A DNA stretch of 64,000 bases, from contig OZ242311.1 in NCBI GenBank assembly GCA_965207885.1, forward strand, positions 1,312,001 to 1,376,000, written 5' to 3'. The position numbers and the translations under genes were made by a program. Positions 9,195 to 18,432 of the stretch are shown one piece after another. The DNA is from Candidatus Latescibacterota bacterium (GTDB taxonomy: Bacteria; Latescibacterota; UBA2968). Each line of letters begins with the position of its first letter. Position 1 is the stretch's first letter. The notes under the pieces were generated by a model. That model worked only from the letters and a program-made list of their open reading frames with translations, ran no database searches and was not told the DNA's origin.

Positions 9195-10721
9195 ATGCCT
9201 CCGCCAAAAACGCCCAAACGCGATTTGCGTTATATTTTTATTTTTTTTACCTGCTGCATTGCGCTTTCTTGCAGCGTAGCACACGCCCAACCCATCCCCC
9301 AAAGCGGAACCCACCTGATTCCACGCCAAACCACACCCTATCGCCCCGCAACCAAAACATCCTTCTCCTCACCTTTCCGCGTTGGCGATACGCTCACGCT
9401 GCCGGCATACAGTTTTCAACTCGTTGGCGGCGGGAAATACCACACCACAACAACCTGTCGCTATGTAGGCAGCCACTGTTACATTTTTGTAGAAGATGAC
9501 ATGTGGAACACCCCGCGCGTGACACAAACGGGCATTGAATCCCTTGCCCTTGCATTTGATAAATCCACCGCACGCCATCCCGATCGCGGTATTTATGAAA
9601 CTGTCACCGACCTCTTTGGCGATCCTCCAGATGTCGATGCCGATCCCCGCATACTCATCCTGGTACTCGACGTACTCGACAGTCCTATCACTGGCATCAC
9701 ATTTGTCGGTTATATCGATACCGACAACGAAGCCCCACCCGTCTCGCGCGAAATTATTTATATCGACGCCCGTCCTCTCGACATTGGCAGCAACCTCGCA
9801 CGCGCCACACTCGCCCACGAATTTCAGCACTTGATCCACTGGAAAGCCGATTTCGACGAAGCCAAGTGGCTCGACGAAGGGTGCTCGGAATACGCCGAAC
9901 TCGCCTGTGGATACAAAGACACGACAGCAGCAGCGACCGAAAATTTTCTCTCGCTCGCTGTCAATACAGACCTCACCTATTGGGAAGATCAGTTTTTTGA
10001 TTTTGACCAGGCGTATCTCTATATGACGTACTTCGCACAGCGCTATGGCGAGGGCGCACTCCGCAAACTCATCGCAGATCCAGACAGCAGCATAGCGAGC
10101 ATCGACAATGTCCTTCAATCGCTCGACGCGCCCGAACGCTTCGAGCACCTCTTTGGACAATGGGCCGCTGCTATGTACCTCGACGGTGAGGGCGACCTCG
10201 GCTATCGCGCCATTGACCTGCATCCCGCAAAGCGCGAAATCCTCACAATTCCGACCAATAACCTCACGCGACGCGCCACGCGCTGGGGCATAGACTATCT
10301 CGCTTTGGGCGAAACACCCGGCCTCGCCTTCACAATCCAATCCACAGGTGACAACGACCTCCTCGTCACACTCATCGCCGACGGAGAGCACCCCTTTGCC
10401 GCACCGATCCCCATTTCAGCCTTACAGAGCAAACGCATTCACACATCTGGCAATATTGCCAGAACCCTCGCCATCACCTCCACATCTGGCACAACAATCG
10501 GTTACACCCTCTCCGTATCTGAACTCGCGTCCGGCCCTGCAACATCAGACTTTGATGGCGACGGGGAAATCGGCTTCTCGGACTTCCTTGCTTTTGCCTC
10601 TGCCTTTGGCAAAACCGCAGGCGACGTTGGCTTCGACCCCACCTTTGACCTCGACGGCGACCTGCGCGTTACCTTCTCTGACTTCCTCATATTTGTCAAG
10701 AACTTCGGTGCAGACCTTTAA
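9195..10721 (+). CDS. Secreted Zn-metallopeptidase (M30/MA-clan-like) with C-terminal dockerin-like repeat pair
   Basis: Start set at the ATG at 9195, after the upstream stop. TLAHEFQHLIH...WLDEGCSEYA, and C-terminal DFDGDGEIGFSDFLAF...DLDGDLRVTFSDFLIF. Confidence 0.75.
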   Translation: MPPPKTPKRDLRYIFIFFTCCIALSCSVAHAQPIPQSGTHLIPRQTTPYRPATKTSFSSPFRVGDTLTLPAYSFQLVGGGKYHTTTTCRYVGSHCYIFVEDDMWNTPRVTQTGIESLALAFDKSTARHPDRGIYETVTDLFGDPPDVDADPRILILVLDVLDSPITGITFVGYIDTDNEAPPVSREIIYIDARPLDIGSNLARATLAHEFQHLIHWKADFDEAKWLDEGCSEYAELACGYKDTTAAATENFLSLAVNTDLTYWEDQFFDFDQAYLYMTYFAQRYGEGALRKLIADPDSSIASIDNVLQSLDAPERFEHLFGQWAAAMYLDGEGDLGYRAIDLHPAKREILTIPTNNLTRRATRWGIDYLALGETPGLAFTIQSTGDNDLLVTLIADGEHPFAAPIPISALQSKRIHTSGNIARTLAITSTSGTTIGYTLSVSELASGPATSDFDGDGEIGFSDFLAFASAFGKTAGDVGFDPTFDLDGDLRVTFSDFLIFVKNFGADL

Positions 10722-10744
10722 CATAAAAAACGAAAGGCAATCCC

Positions 10745-12337
10745 ATGCCAATCACGACCCTTATTCACTCAGGCAAAATAATCGACGGCACCGGCAACCC
10801 CTATTTCTACGGCGACATAGCTCTTGAGAACGGCAAGGTCTCCACCATCGAACCGCCGGAGACCATCCCCCGCGACGGCATAGACGAAATCGTCGATGCA
10901 TCCGGTCACATCGTCTGTCCCGGCTTCATCGACATCCAGAGCCACTCCATCGTCCCACTCATGCGCGATGGCCGATGCCTCTCCAAAATCACACAGGGCA
11001 TCACGACTGAAATCATGGGCGAAGCGTGGACCCCCGCACCTGTCGGCGGCTCCAATACCCTCTCGCGATCTCTACCCAAAAACTGGCAGGAACGCGCGCG
11101 GGACTGGCATCGTTTCGGCAACTGGCTCGACGCCATGATCGAAGCTGGCGTCTCGCCCAACGTCGGCTCCTTCCTGGGCGCGGGCACCCTGCGCGCGCAG
11201 GCAATGGGCATGCGGATGGGCGAGCCAACCCCCGACGAAATGAAAACCATGCACCGCATCATGGCCGAATCCATGGAAGACGGCGCCTTCGGTCCCTCCT
11301 ATGCCCTCATCTACCCGCCGGACACATATACCAGCACGGATGAAATCGTCGAAATCTGCAAAACAACAGCGCGATTCGGCGGCATCTACATCACCCACAT
11401 GCGATCCGAAGCCGACAAACTTCTCGAAGCCCTGGACGAAGCCATCGAAATCGGACAGCGCGCCAACCTCCCGGTCGAAGTCTATCACCTCAAAGCCGTC
11501 CCCGAGCACAACTACCCCAAGATGCACCAGGTCATTGCGCGCATAAATCAGGTACGCGCCGAGGGCCTCGACATCACCGCCGATATGTATCCCTACACCG
11601 CCAGCGGCACCGGCCTATCCACTGTCCTGCCCACCTGGGTAGCCGCAGACGGCAAATTCTTCGACAACCTGCGCGATCCCGACATCCGCGCGAAAATCGT
11701 CTCCGAAGTCAGAAACCGCCAGGGCGAAATTCCCCGTCGTCCCGACCGAATCGCTCCAGTCGGATTTAAAAAACCTGAAAATCAGCAGTACATCGGCAAG
11801 CGCCTCTCTGAGATTGCCGAGATGCGCGACCAGGGCTGGATAGAAGCCACCATCGACCTCCTGCTCTCGGAAAACCAGCGCATCTTTACCATCTACCACA
11901 CCATATCCGAAGACAATGTCCGTCTCCAACTTCAGCTCCCCTGGATCAAAGTTTCCACCGACGCGGGCGGCGTCGATCCAGAACGGGTGGCTGCTGAAGG
12001 ACCGCTCCACCCCCGGTCGTACGGCACCTATCCCCGCGTCCTCGGCCACTATGTCCGCGACGAAAAGCTCATGCCACTCGAAGAAGCCATCCGTAAAATG
12101 ACCTCCTCAGTCGCCAATCGCCTCTCACTGTGGGACCGCGGGCGGCTCCAGCCCCACTGCTGGGCCGACGTCGTCGTCTTTGATTCCGACACCGTCGCTG
12201 ACCGCTCGACATTCGACGACTCCCACCAGCTCTCTATCGGCATCAGAGATGTCTTCGTCAACGGCATTCACGTCCTCAAAAATGGCGAACACACAGGCGC
12301 AACCCCCGGGATGTTCGTCAAAGGTCCAGGTGCGTAA
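10745..12337 (+). CDS. N-acyl-D-amino-acid deacylase (D-aminoacylase) family amidohydrolase
   Basis: IIDGTGNP, PGFIDIQSHS, QGITTE, THMRSE, YPYTASGT, HPRSYGTYPRVLG, EAIRKMTS. Confidence 0.85.
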   Translation: MPITTLIHSGKIIDGTGNPYFYGDIALENGKVSTIEPPETIPRDGIDEIVDASGHIVCPGFIDIQSHSIVPLMRDGRCLSKITQGITTEIMGEAWTPAPVGGSNTLSRSLPKNWQERARDWHRFGNWLDAMIEAGVSPNVGSFLGAGTLRAQAMGMRMGEPTPDEMKTMHRIMAESMEDGAFGPSYALIYPPDTYTSTDEIVEICKTTARFGGIYITHMRSEADKLLEALDEAIEIGQRANLPVEVYHLKAVPEHNYPKMHQVIARINQVRAEGLDITADMYPYTASGTGLSTVLPTWVAADGKFFDNLRDPDIRAKIVSEVRNRQGEIPRRPDRIAPVGFKKPENQQYIGKRLSEIAEMRDQGWIEATIDLLLSENQRIFTIYHTISEDNVRLQLQLPWIKVSTDAGGVDPERVAAEGPLHPRSYGTYPRVLGHYVRDEKLMPLEEAIRKMTSSVANRLSLWDRGRLQPHCWADVVVFDSDTVADRSTFDDSHQLSIGIRDVFVNGIHVLKNGEHTGATPGMFVKGPGA

Positions 12338-12376
12338 GCAGAATCATAGCTCACTTAAACTCTTGAGAGACGACTA

Positions 12377-13522
12377 ATGCCCGAAAATAAAAATACAGAT
12401 CTGTTACAGCGCAATTTCATCGACATGCTCAAGGCAACAGGTAGTTTGAAGAATAAGGCAATAGAACGTGCCCTCCAATCGACACCGAGACATCTGTTTG
12501 TTGATCGAATCCATGCATTGGGAAAACAGAAAGGCTTAATCGAGGTAGATCCAAAATGCCCCACCTCGAGCCAATTAAAGAGAATTTATTCCGACGAAGC
12601 TCTGCTCAGCCACCTCAATCCACCAAGCTCGACATCGCAGCCTTCTCTCGTCGTTCACATGCTGGACGTCCTATCCGTTCGCGCGGGACATCGCGTATTT
12701 GAAATTGGCGCAGGCACCGGATGGAACGCCGCTCTATTGGCCCATCTCGCGGGTCCCGACGGACGTGTTGTGACAATGGATATTCAACCCGATGTTACTC
12801 GCAGGGCACGCCTTCACTTGGAGCAACAGGGCACAAAAAACGTTCGTGTAATAACGGGTGATGCATCAAAAGGCTACGCGAAAGAAGCACCTTTTGATCG
12901 GCTGATCACCACGGTTACATGCCCAACCCTGTTCTCCGCCTGGTGGGAGCAACTATCGTCCAAAGGCGTAATGGTATTGACGTTGAACGACTTCCCGGGT
13001 GAGATCCAGTGCCTCATGTTGAAGTTACAAAAGCGAAAAGATCATCTCAGTGGGGAGGTAATTTCTCTTCCTGGATTTATGCTATTCACAGGCAGACATG
13101 GAATGACTCCTCAGTGGGATCAGGCTCAGAAATTGGTCGAGGAATTTGCCGAAAAACGACCAGCCGCCAAAGAGCGCGCTTCCTGGGCGGATATACAAGA
13201 CGGAAGGAATAGTTGGACTTTACGGAGGGATCTGGCGTTCTTTGCTCAACTTCAGGGATTAACCGTAATACCTATGCAGAATGCTTTTGTACTCACCACC
13301 CATAATAGATCGAATATCTGTATCATACACGAAAATCACATAACTGCATACGGAGGGAGGGAGTGTTTCGACAAACTCAAAGAAGCGCAAACAAAATGGC
13401 TTCATTCAGGTACACCATCCCGCCAGGACTACTGCGTAGAAGTATGGCCGAGTACTGTCTATCGAAAAAATAGCTGGGAGCTACGCCACGAAGATGTAAC
13501 CTTCATTTTTAGCCTAAAATGA
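12377..13522 (+). CDS. PIMT-like (protein-L-isoaspartate O-methyltransferase) with C-terminal extension, FxlM-like
   Basis: PRHLFV, SSTSQPSLVVHML, EIGAGTGWNAALLA, APFDRLI, then a long non-PIMT tail. Confidence 0.75.
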   Translation: MPENKNTDLLQRNFIDMLKATGSLKNKAIERALQSTPRHLFVDRIHALGKQKGLIEVDPKCPTSSQLKRIYSDEALLSHLNPPSSTSQPSLVVHMLDVLSVRAGHRVFEIGAGTGWNAALLAHLAGPDGRVVTMDIQPDVTRRARLHLEQQGTKNVRVITGDASKGYAKEAPFDRLITTVTCPTLFSAWWEQLSSKGVMVLTLNDFPGEIQCLMLKLQKRKDHLSGEVISLPGFMLFTGRHGMTPQWDQAQKLVEEFAEKRPAAKERASWADIQDGRNSWTLRRDLAFFAQLQGLTVIPMQNAFVLTTHNRSNICIIHENHITAYGGRECFDKLKEAQTKWLHSGTPSRQDYCVEVWPSTVYRKNSWELRHEDVTFIFSLK

Positions 13523-13541
13523 CACGGACGCGGACAGACCA

Positions 13542-14459
13542 CTATGTGATCACACCGCGCTTGCGAAGCACATCATCCACCTCATCATCGCCCGTCAATT
13601 TGTCGGCAAAGTTGAACTCCGATCCCGCATTGAGCAGCAATTCGATCACTCCCGCATAATCGGCGTCTGGCGCAGGATGATTTGCCAGAAAATACATTGT
13701 TGAACCAAGCGCTGTACCACCATAGTCATTTTTTGACTCAACAGAAGCCCCGCAATCCAGAAGCATCTCGACCGTATCTCTTCGACCGCGTTGTGATGCC
13801 AGCATCAATCCCGTATTATTCGCCCCGCCCCTTGCGTCTATATCCACGCCGCGTTTGAGAAGACATTCTGCCACCCCAGTGTGTCCATACTTGCAAGCAG
13901 ACCAGAATGCCTCTTCCAATTCCCCACGGGATATACCTCCCTCATCGACAAATCTCTCGACCAGTTCAAGCTCCCCCAGGCCAGCGGCGACTTCGACATT
14001 CATAATCTTTGCACCGCATTTGAGAAGAGCCTGAACCGACTCGGGATACTCAGAACTAAGCGCGAGCCTCAGTGGTTCACCATCTCCCTTTATCCCATCT
14101 ACTCCGGCACCCGCATTGACGAATACGCTCACAAGCTCAGCAGCGACACCCGATTTATGTGGGTAAAAACTGGTCACCAGTGAAACAAGGGGTGTCGTCC
14201 CCGATCTCCCATCCAAAAACGTAGCATCTATCTCAGCACCAGCATCAATAAGCACATTTGCAACATCGACTGCGTTAGTCGGTGTCCTCTGCCGTTCATC
14301 TTCCACGCCATTTGCCGCCACATAGTGAATCAACATCGCCCTATGCGCTCTGGATGATCGCATGCGAATCAGATCAGGCTCTCTCTCGAGCAGCGATTTG
14401 AGCGTCTCAATATCACCGGAAATCACAGCATCAACTGCTTCCTCAAATTTCTTAGCCAT
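13542..14459 (-). CDS. Ankyrin-repeat protein
   Basis: Repeats TPLVSL, ACKYGHTGVAECLL, TGLMLASQRG, GGTALG. Confidence 0.85.
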   Translation of the reverse strand: MAKKFEEAVDAVISGDIETLKSLLEREPDLIRMRSSRAHRAMLIHYVAANGVEDERQRTPTNAVDVANVLIDAGAEIDATFLDGRSGTTPLVSLVTSFYPHKSGVAAELVSVFVNAGAGVDGIKGDGEPLRLALSSEYPESVQALLKCGAKIMNVEVAAGLGELELVERFVDEGGISRGELEEAFWSACKYGHTGVAECLLKRGVDIDARGGANNTGLMLASQRGRRDTVEMLLDCGASVESKNDYGGTALGSTMYFLANHPAPDADYAGVIELLLNAGSEFNFADKLTGDDEVDDVLRKRGVIT

Positions 14460-14556
14460 ATTTATTTATTCCTTAACAGTTAGAATTGCAAAAACGGTCG
14501 AGGTTTGCGATATTATCCAATATGCTGTGCAAAAAACCTTATAGTGTGGGGAACTT

Positions 14557-14706
14557 ATGAAAACGATTCAAATGGAAATTTTAGAAAAAAAACATCGCGA
14601 TGGATATAAAAAACACCCTGTAACAGAAGGTGAATTTGACATCTGGGAAACAGAACAAGTTTGGGGTGATCAATGTTGTATAGAAGGAGCTCAAAATGAA
14701 ATTTGA
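14557..14706 (+). pseudogene. Internally deleted CopG/RHH antitoxin remnant
   Basis: 49-aa ORF MKTIQMEILEKKHRDGYKKHPVTEGEFDIWETEQVWGDQ.... Its N- and C-termini match my recollection of MazF-associated CopG antitoxins, and the RHH core is missing. Confidence 0.55.
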
Positions 14707-14929
14707 CCGCATAACCTTTGATCCTAAAATGATGGGGGGACGCGCGTGTATCCGCGGCATGCGTGTAACGGTTTCTCTTTTGGTCAATTTGGTTGCAAAT
14801 CGGATGTCAACAGAAGAGATTCTTGAAGCTTATCCCTATCTCGAAGCTGAGGATATTCAACAAGCACTTCAATACGCTGCATGGCTCGCTGAAGAATCTA
14901 TCCATCCACTCGAACATGCGGCCCCATGA
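14696..14929 (+). CDS. DUF433 antitoxin (VapB45-like)
   Basis: RITFDPKMMGGRACIRGMRVTV...YPYLEAEDIQQALQYAA. Confidence 0.85.
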   Translation: MKFDRITFDPKMMGGRACIRGMRVTVSLLVNLVANRMSTEEILEAYPYLEAEDIQQALQYAAWLAEESIHPLEHAAP

Positions 14930-15291
14930 AATTTCTTGCCGACATGGGTATATCCCCTCATACCGTATCTTTTCTTCAAACACAGGGATATGACGCGATT
15001 CACCTCCTTGAGCAACACCTTGAGCAACTATCAGATATTGAAATTTTTGAAAAAGCGCGTTATGAATCTCGCATCATCCTGACACACGATTTAGACTTTG
15101 CCGATATTCTTGCGGCCACTCAGGTTATCCTTCCCAGCGTAATCATCTTCCGTCTTAGAAATATGACACCACAAAATGTGAATCTATATCTTCTAACGAT
15201 TCTCAAACAGCATCAAAATGATTTAAGGCAAGGTACTGTTATCAGTGTTACAGAAGGACAAATCCGCAAGCGCCAACTACCAATCCCTTAA
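14926..15291 (+). CDS. DUF5615 PIN-like toxin (VapC45-like)
   Basis: MKFLADMGIS...SDIEIF...ILTHDLDF. Overlaps the antitoxin by ATGA. Confidence 0.85.
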   Translation: MKFLADMGISPHTVSFLQTQGYDAIHLLEQHLEQLSDIEIFEKARYESRIILTHDLDFADILAATQVILPSVIIFRLRNMTPQNVNLYLLTILKQHQNDLRQGTVISVTEGQIRKRQLPIP

Positions 15292-15318
15292 CCGCATCTG
15301 ATCAAAACATTTACCTGT

Positions 15319-15993
15319 TCAAACCCCCTCATCCTTCACCACTTCCCCATCGAGCAAATGCACAATGCGTTTGCTATAGCCCGCCCACTTTTCCGAATGC
15401 GTCACCTGCACAATCGTTGTCCCTCCCTCGTGCAAACTGGTAAACAGATTCATCACATGTTCGCCCTGCGTGGAATTTAAGTTTCCAGTAGGTTCATCGG
15501 CCAGAATCACACGCGGTTTAATCACCACCGCACGCGCAACACCTACGCGCTGTTGTTCGCCGCCAGACAATTGATGAGGAAACAAATCCTTCTTCTCCAC
15601 CAGATCAAACTCATCCAGCATCGCATTCACCATCTCTTCGCGTTCATCGCTCTTCACCTTCTTGTACAACAAAGGTGTCTCGATATTGCCGTACACAGTC
15701 AACTCATCAATCAAATGATAGCTCTGAAACACAAAGCCGATATTGTTCTTGTGGCAATCTGACCGCTCGCGCTCGCGCATCTTATGCACGGCATCGCCGT
15801 CAAACAAATATTCCCCTCTATTCGACGAATCCAGCATACCCATAATGTGCAACAACGTAGATTTGCCCGAACCGGAAGGCCCCATAATAGATACAAACTC
15901 CCCAGACGCAACCTCCAGATCAATCCCCTGCAACACAACCGTCCGAATAAAACGCGACGAATACCACTTTTGAATACCCGACATCTGAATCAT
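15319..15993 (-). CDS. ABC transporter ATP-binding protein (MacB/LolD-like)
   Basis: Walker A GPSGSGKS, signature LSGGEQQR, ADEPTGNL, VTH. RBS AGAGGAGG. Confidence 0.9.
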   Translation of the reverse strand: MIQMSGIQKWYSSRFIRTVVLQGIDLEVASGEFVSIMGPSGSGKSTLLHIMGMLDSSNRGEYLFDGDAVHKMRERERSDCHKNNIGFVFQSYHLIDELTVYGNIETPLLYKKVKSDEREEMVNAMLDEFDLVEKKDLFPHQLSGGEQQRVGVARAVVIKPRVILADEPTGNLNSTQGEHVMNLFTSLHEGGTTIVQVTHSEKWAGYSKRIVHLLDGEVVKDEGV

Positions 15994-16052
15994 CTCGGAC
16001 CTCCTCTATAAACTAATTTTGAACGACGGATCAAATTGTAACGCCCATCCTA

Positions 16053-16068
16053 TGCAATATCCGTGCCA
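16053..16068 (-). promoter_or_regulatory. Sigma54 (-24/-12) promoter
   Basis: Minus strand reads TGGCACG-GATA-TTGCA, the canonical consensus, about 60 bp upstream of the ABC ATPase. Confidence 0.8.
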
Positions 16069-16132
16069 AAATACATATTTTATTATTTTTCAACATGTTA
16101 TAAAAAATCGGCCAAATTGCACAACACTGCAA

Positions 16133-16171
16133 GTGTCCGATATTGATACACAGGTGTCCGAAAATGAACAC
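16133..16171. promoter_or_regulatory. Tandem enhancer-like (bEBP UAS) sites
   Basis: GTGTCCGATATTGATACAC (16133-16151) and GTGTCCGAAAATGAACAC (16154-16171), upstream of the sigma54 promoter. IHF-like TTTCAACATGTTA at 16088-16100. Confidence 0.55.
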
Positions 16172-16181
16172 TTAAAACCAA

Positions 16182-17057
16182 CTATACCTTCACCTTCAAC
16201 GCACCCGGAACAACCTCAATCTTTGCGGGAACCTCACACATCGGTTCGCCATCGGCAAAAATCCACAAGGGATCATCGGACTCAATCTGCAAAGTTCTCG
16301 TCTGCACAACGCGCACAGCAGAATGACCAACATGAGCGCCGGAATACGCGCGCAAAAACATCCGCAAAACCGTCCAGCGCGAAACATCTGCCACAATGCA
16401 CACATCCAGCACCCCATCGTCAACAATGGCATCAGGTGCAATTTTAATCCCACTCCCATAAAAAGGCGCGTTTGCCGTTGCCGCCAGTAAAATACGCCCT
16501 TCAAAAACGCCAAAATCTCCCCTCAAACGCACAAAAGGAGATCGATATCCAGATAGTGTTCGCAAAACCGCCAGACAATAGGACGCTGTCCCACCCAATC
16601 TCGAAGGTCGAGACCGCGCCCTTTGCGCCACCACAGTATCGAAACCCAAACTCGCAACAGTCGCAAAAAATCGGTCACCCACTTTCCCCAGATCAATCGC
16701 GCGATCCACCCCATGCACCAGCGTATTGACCACATCCTTCACATCTCTGGACAAACCCAATGCCCGCGCCAAATCATTCCCCCGACCACAGGGCACAACC
16801 CCCAAAACCGCGTCTGAATTTGCAAGCCCATTGACCACCTCATGCACTGTCCCATCGCCCCCACATGCAGCAACCTGTCGCACCCCTCGCGCCAACGCTT
16901 CCCGCGCTAACCGCTCGCAATCGCCCGGTGCTCCCGACATCATCAAATCGACATATACACCGCGCTTGTGCAACAAATCCGCAACCCGCTCACCTGTACG
17001 CCTTGCACGGCCACGTCCCGAAACGGGATTTGCAATAATTGTCCAGTGATTTGACAT
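16182..17057 (-). CDS. Diacylglycerol-kinase-family lipid kinase (YegS/DagK-like)
   Basis: IIANPVSGRG, GGDGTVHEVVNG, PCGRGNDLA, ADGE. Start placed at MSNHW because the ORF-track start lies inside the IS end. Confidence 0.85.
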   Translation of the reverse strand: MSNHWTIIANPVSGRGRARRTGERVADLLHKRGVYVDLMMSGAPGDCERLAREALARGVRQVAACGGDGTVHEVVNGLANSDAVLGVVPCGRGNDLARALGLSRDVKDVVNTLVHGVDRAIDLGKVGDRFFATVASLGFDTVVAQRARSRPSRLGGTASYCLAVLRTLSGYRSPFVRLRGDFGVFEGRILLAATANAPFYGSGIKIAPDAIVDDGVLDVCIVADVSRWTVLRMFLRAYSGAHVGHSAVRVVQTRTLQIESDDPLWIFADGEPMCEVPAKIEVVPGALKVKV

Positions 17058-17063
17058 CAAATT

Positions 17064-17095
17064 AAAAAGAAAACTCATCTCATGATGAGATGAGT
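17064..17095 (-). terminator. Intrinsic terminator (minus strand)
   Basis: Perfect 10-bp stem ACTCATCTCA-tga-TGAGATGAGT (17073-17095), followed on the minus strand by TTTCTTTTT. Confidence 0.6.
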
Positions 17096-17104
17096 AAAAA
17101 TAAG

Positions 17105-18302
17105 CATGGTACACGACAAAACTTAAATTGTTTTAAACAGTGGCGGATTACTCAGTAAACGAATGCATATGAGGAACTGTTGGGTTTGTTGGTTTATATT
17201 GAGCAGGACATACTGCAAATAGTCCAACCCATATCGGAAGAGACTTTTCTCCATCCGCCCGTGATTTTTGATCGTCAAAGGATTTGTTTTTGCTATCCAT
17301 TCGCCGATGATATGCGCCCAGATGCAGGCAATGGCCAAAAGCGCGATGAGTTTCTCAATGCGGTCTTGATGTATAAGATGGGTCTCTTCCAGATTAAATC
17401 CTCGACTTTTAAGATTGGCAAAAAGGACTTCAATGCCCCATCGTTTTTTATAGGTATCCAATGCGGCTTGACCTTTTTGGTTGCTGGCAAGAATGAGGTA
17501 TTGGTCCTTCAATCTTAGTGCAGACAGATATACAGGCAGGTCATAAACGCGGTGGCGTTTGCACAAGTTGACCTGCTGATGGATATTAAGATTTTCAAAC
17601 CGTTTTCTTATGGGGATCTCTCTACCGCCTGATGAGACAAGAGCGTTTTCCTTGATGCGAATAACAAAGGGTATATTTTGTGTGTCTAACCACCTAAACC
17701 ATTCTCTTCCAATAAATTCTCTGTCTGCGACGACAACGCGGATATGCGATTTGCAGATGCAGTTGAGCATTTCTTGCATCAAATGGATACGCTCATCACT
17801 ATTGGAATTGCCCCGTTTTTTTAACAAGTGCCAACAGATAGGAAAGGCGACCCCTTCATAGATAATGCCTGCGGTTAGGATGTTGATATTGAATTTTCCC
17901 AACTTCCAATTGGTGCGATCTATTGAGACTATAAAATCCGACTTTATAGGTAATAAGTGCAAGATCAATTGTCTCACACACGCATAGGGTAAGGCAAAGT
18001 GGGCAAAGAAGCGTTGGATACGACGATAATTAGATTTCTGCTTGACGGTTCCATTGAGTGCGTTTGCCAGTTTCATAAAATTGACGCTACGCAATTTTAT
18101 CAGCGACAATATGAACGCAGCGGTAAACGTTATTCGGGCTTTATGCCAGTGAAAATATCCTTGCATAATCGTTTGAAGTTCAATAGTTTCAGGAGACATA
18201 GACCTGTGCCTTGTTAAGATGAGAAAGGTTTGTCTTGGGACATTCAAACCTAACTCTTTTTAGCTTTTTTCACAGGTCTTTTATTTTTTGTCGTGTACTA
18301 TG
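17105..18302 (-). mobile_element. IS4-family insertion sequence, copy 1 (1,198 bp)
   Basis: TIRs CAT(G/A)GTACACGACAAAA. 9-bp TSD AAAAATAAG at 17096-17104 and 18303-18311. Confidence 0.92.
17123..18199 (-). CDS. IS4-family DDE transposase
   Basis: IDRTNW, VADREFIG, YKKRWGIEVLFANLK (YREK motif). ATG start MSPET is used; the track's alternative TTG start is at 18247. Confidence 0.92.
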   Translation of the reverse strand: MSPETIELQTIMQGYFHWHKARITFTAAFILSLIKLRSVNFMKLANALNGTVKQKSNYRRIQRFFAHFALPYACVRQLILHLLPIKSDFIVSIDRTNWKLGKFNINILTAGIIYEGVAFPICWHLLKKRGNSNSDERIHLMQEMLNCICKSHIRVVVADREFIGREWFRWLDTQNIPFVIRIKENALVSSGGREIPIRKRFENLNIHQQVNLCKRHRVYDLPVYLSALRLKDQYLILASNQKGQAALDTYKKRWGIEVLFANLKSRGFNLEETHLIHQDRIEKLIALLAIACIWAHIIGEWIAKTNPLTIKNHGRMEKSLFRYGLDYLQYVLLNINQQTQQFLICIRLLSNPPLFKTI

Positions 18303-18335
18303 AAAAATAAGTTAAAAGTCGAACTTCTGGAGCAA

Positions 18336-18422
18336 CTACCCCGGTAACTTCCCCGGTAATTTGAACTCAAGCGTCGTGCCTTCCCCTTCTTGAATAAGAA
18401 TTTCAAGGTCAGAAGACGTCAC
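18336..18422 (-). pseudogene. AlbA_2/Schlafen-domain gene remnant
   Basis: RBS GGGAGAG, GTG, then MTSSDLEILIQEGEGTTLEFK (AlbA_2-type N-terminus). It runs into a frameshifted TGEVTGVVAPEVRLL segment. Confidence 0.5.
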
Positions 18423-18432
18423 ATTCTCTCCC

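Noticed and set aside
9369-10391. Long antisense ORFs (also 33711-34946, 43004-44173, 58354-59184, 4741-5556)
   Set aside because: They are shadows of well-supported genes on the opposite strand and have no recognisable motifs.
10745-12337. QSH instead of HxH in the D-aminoacylase as a sign of inactivity
   Set aside because: The first metal site is variable in this family and the other motifs are intact.
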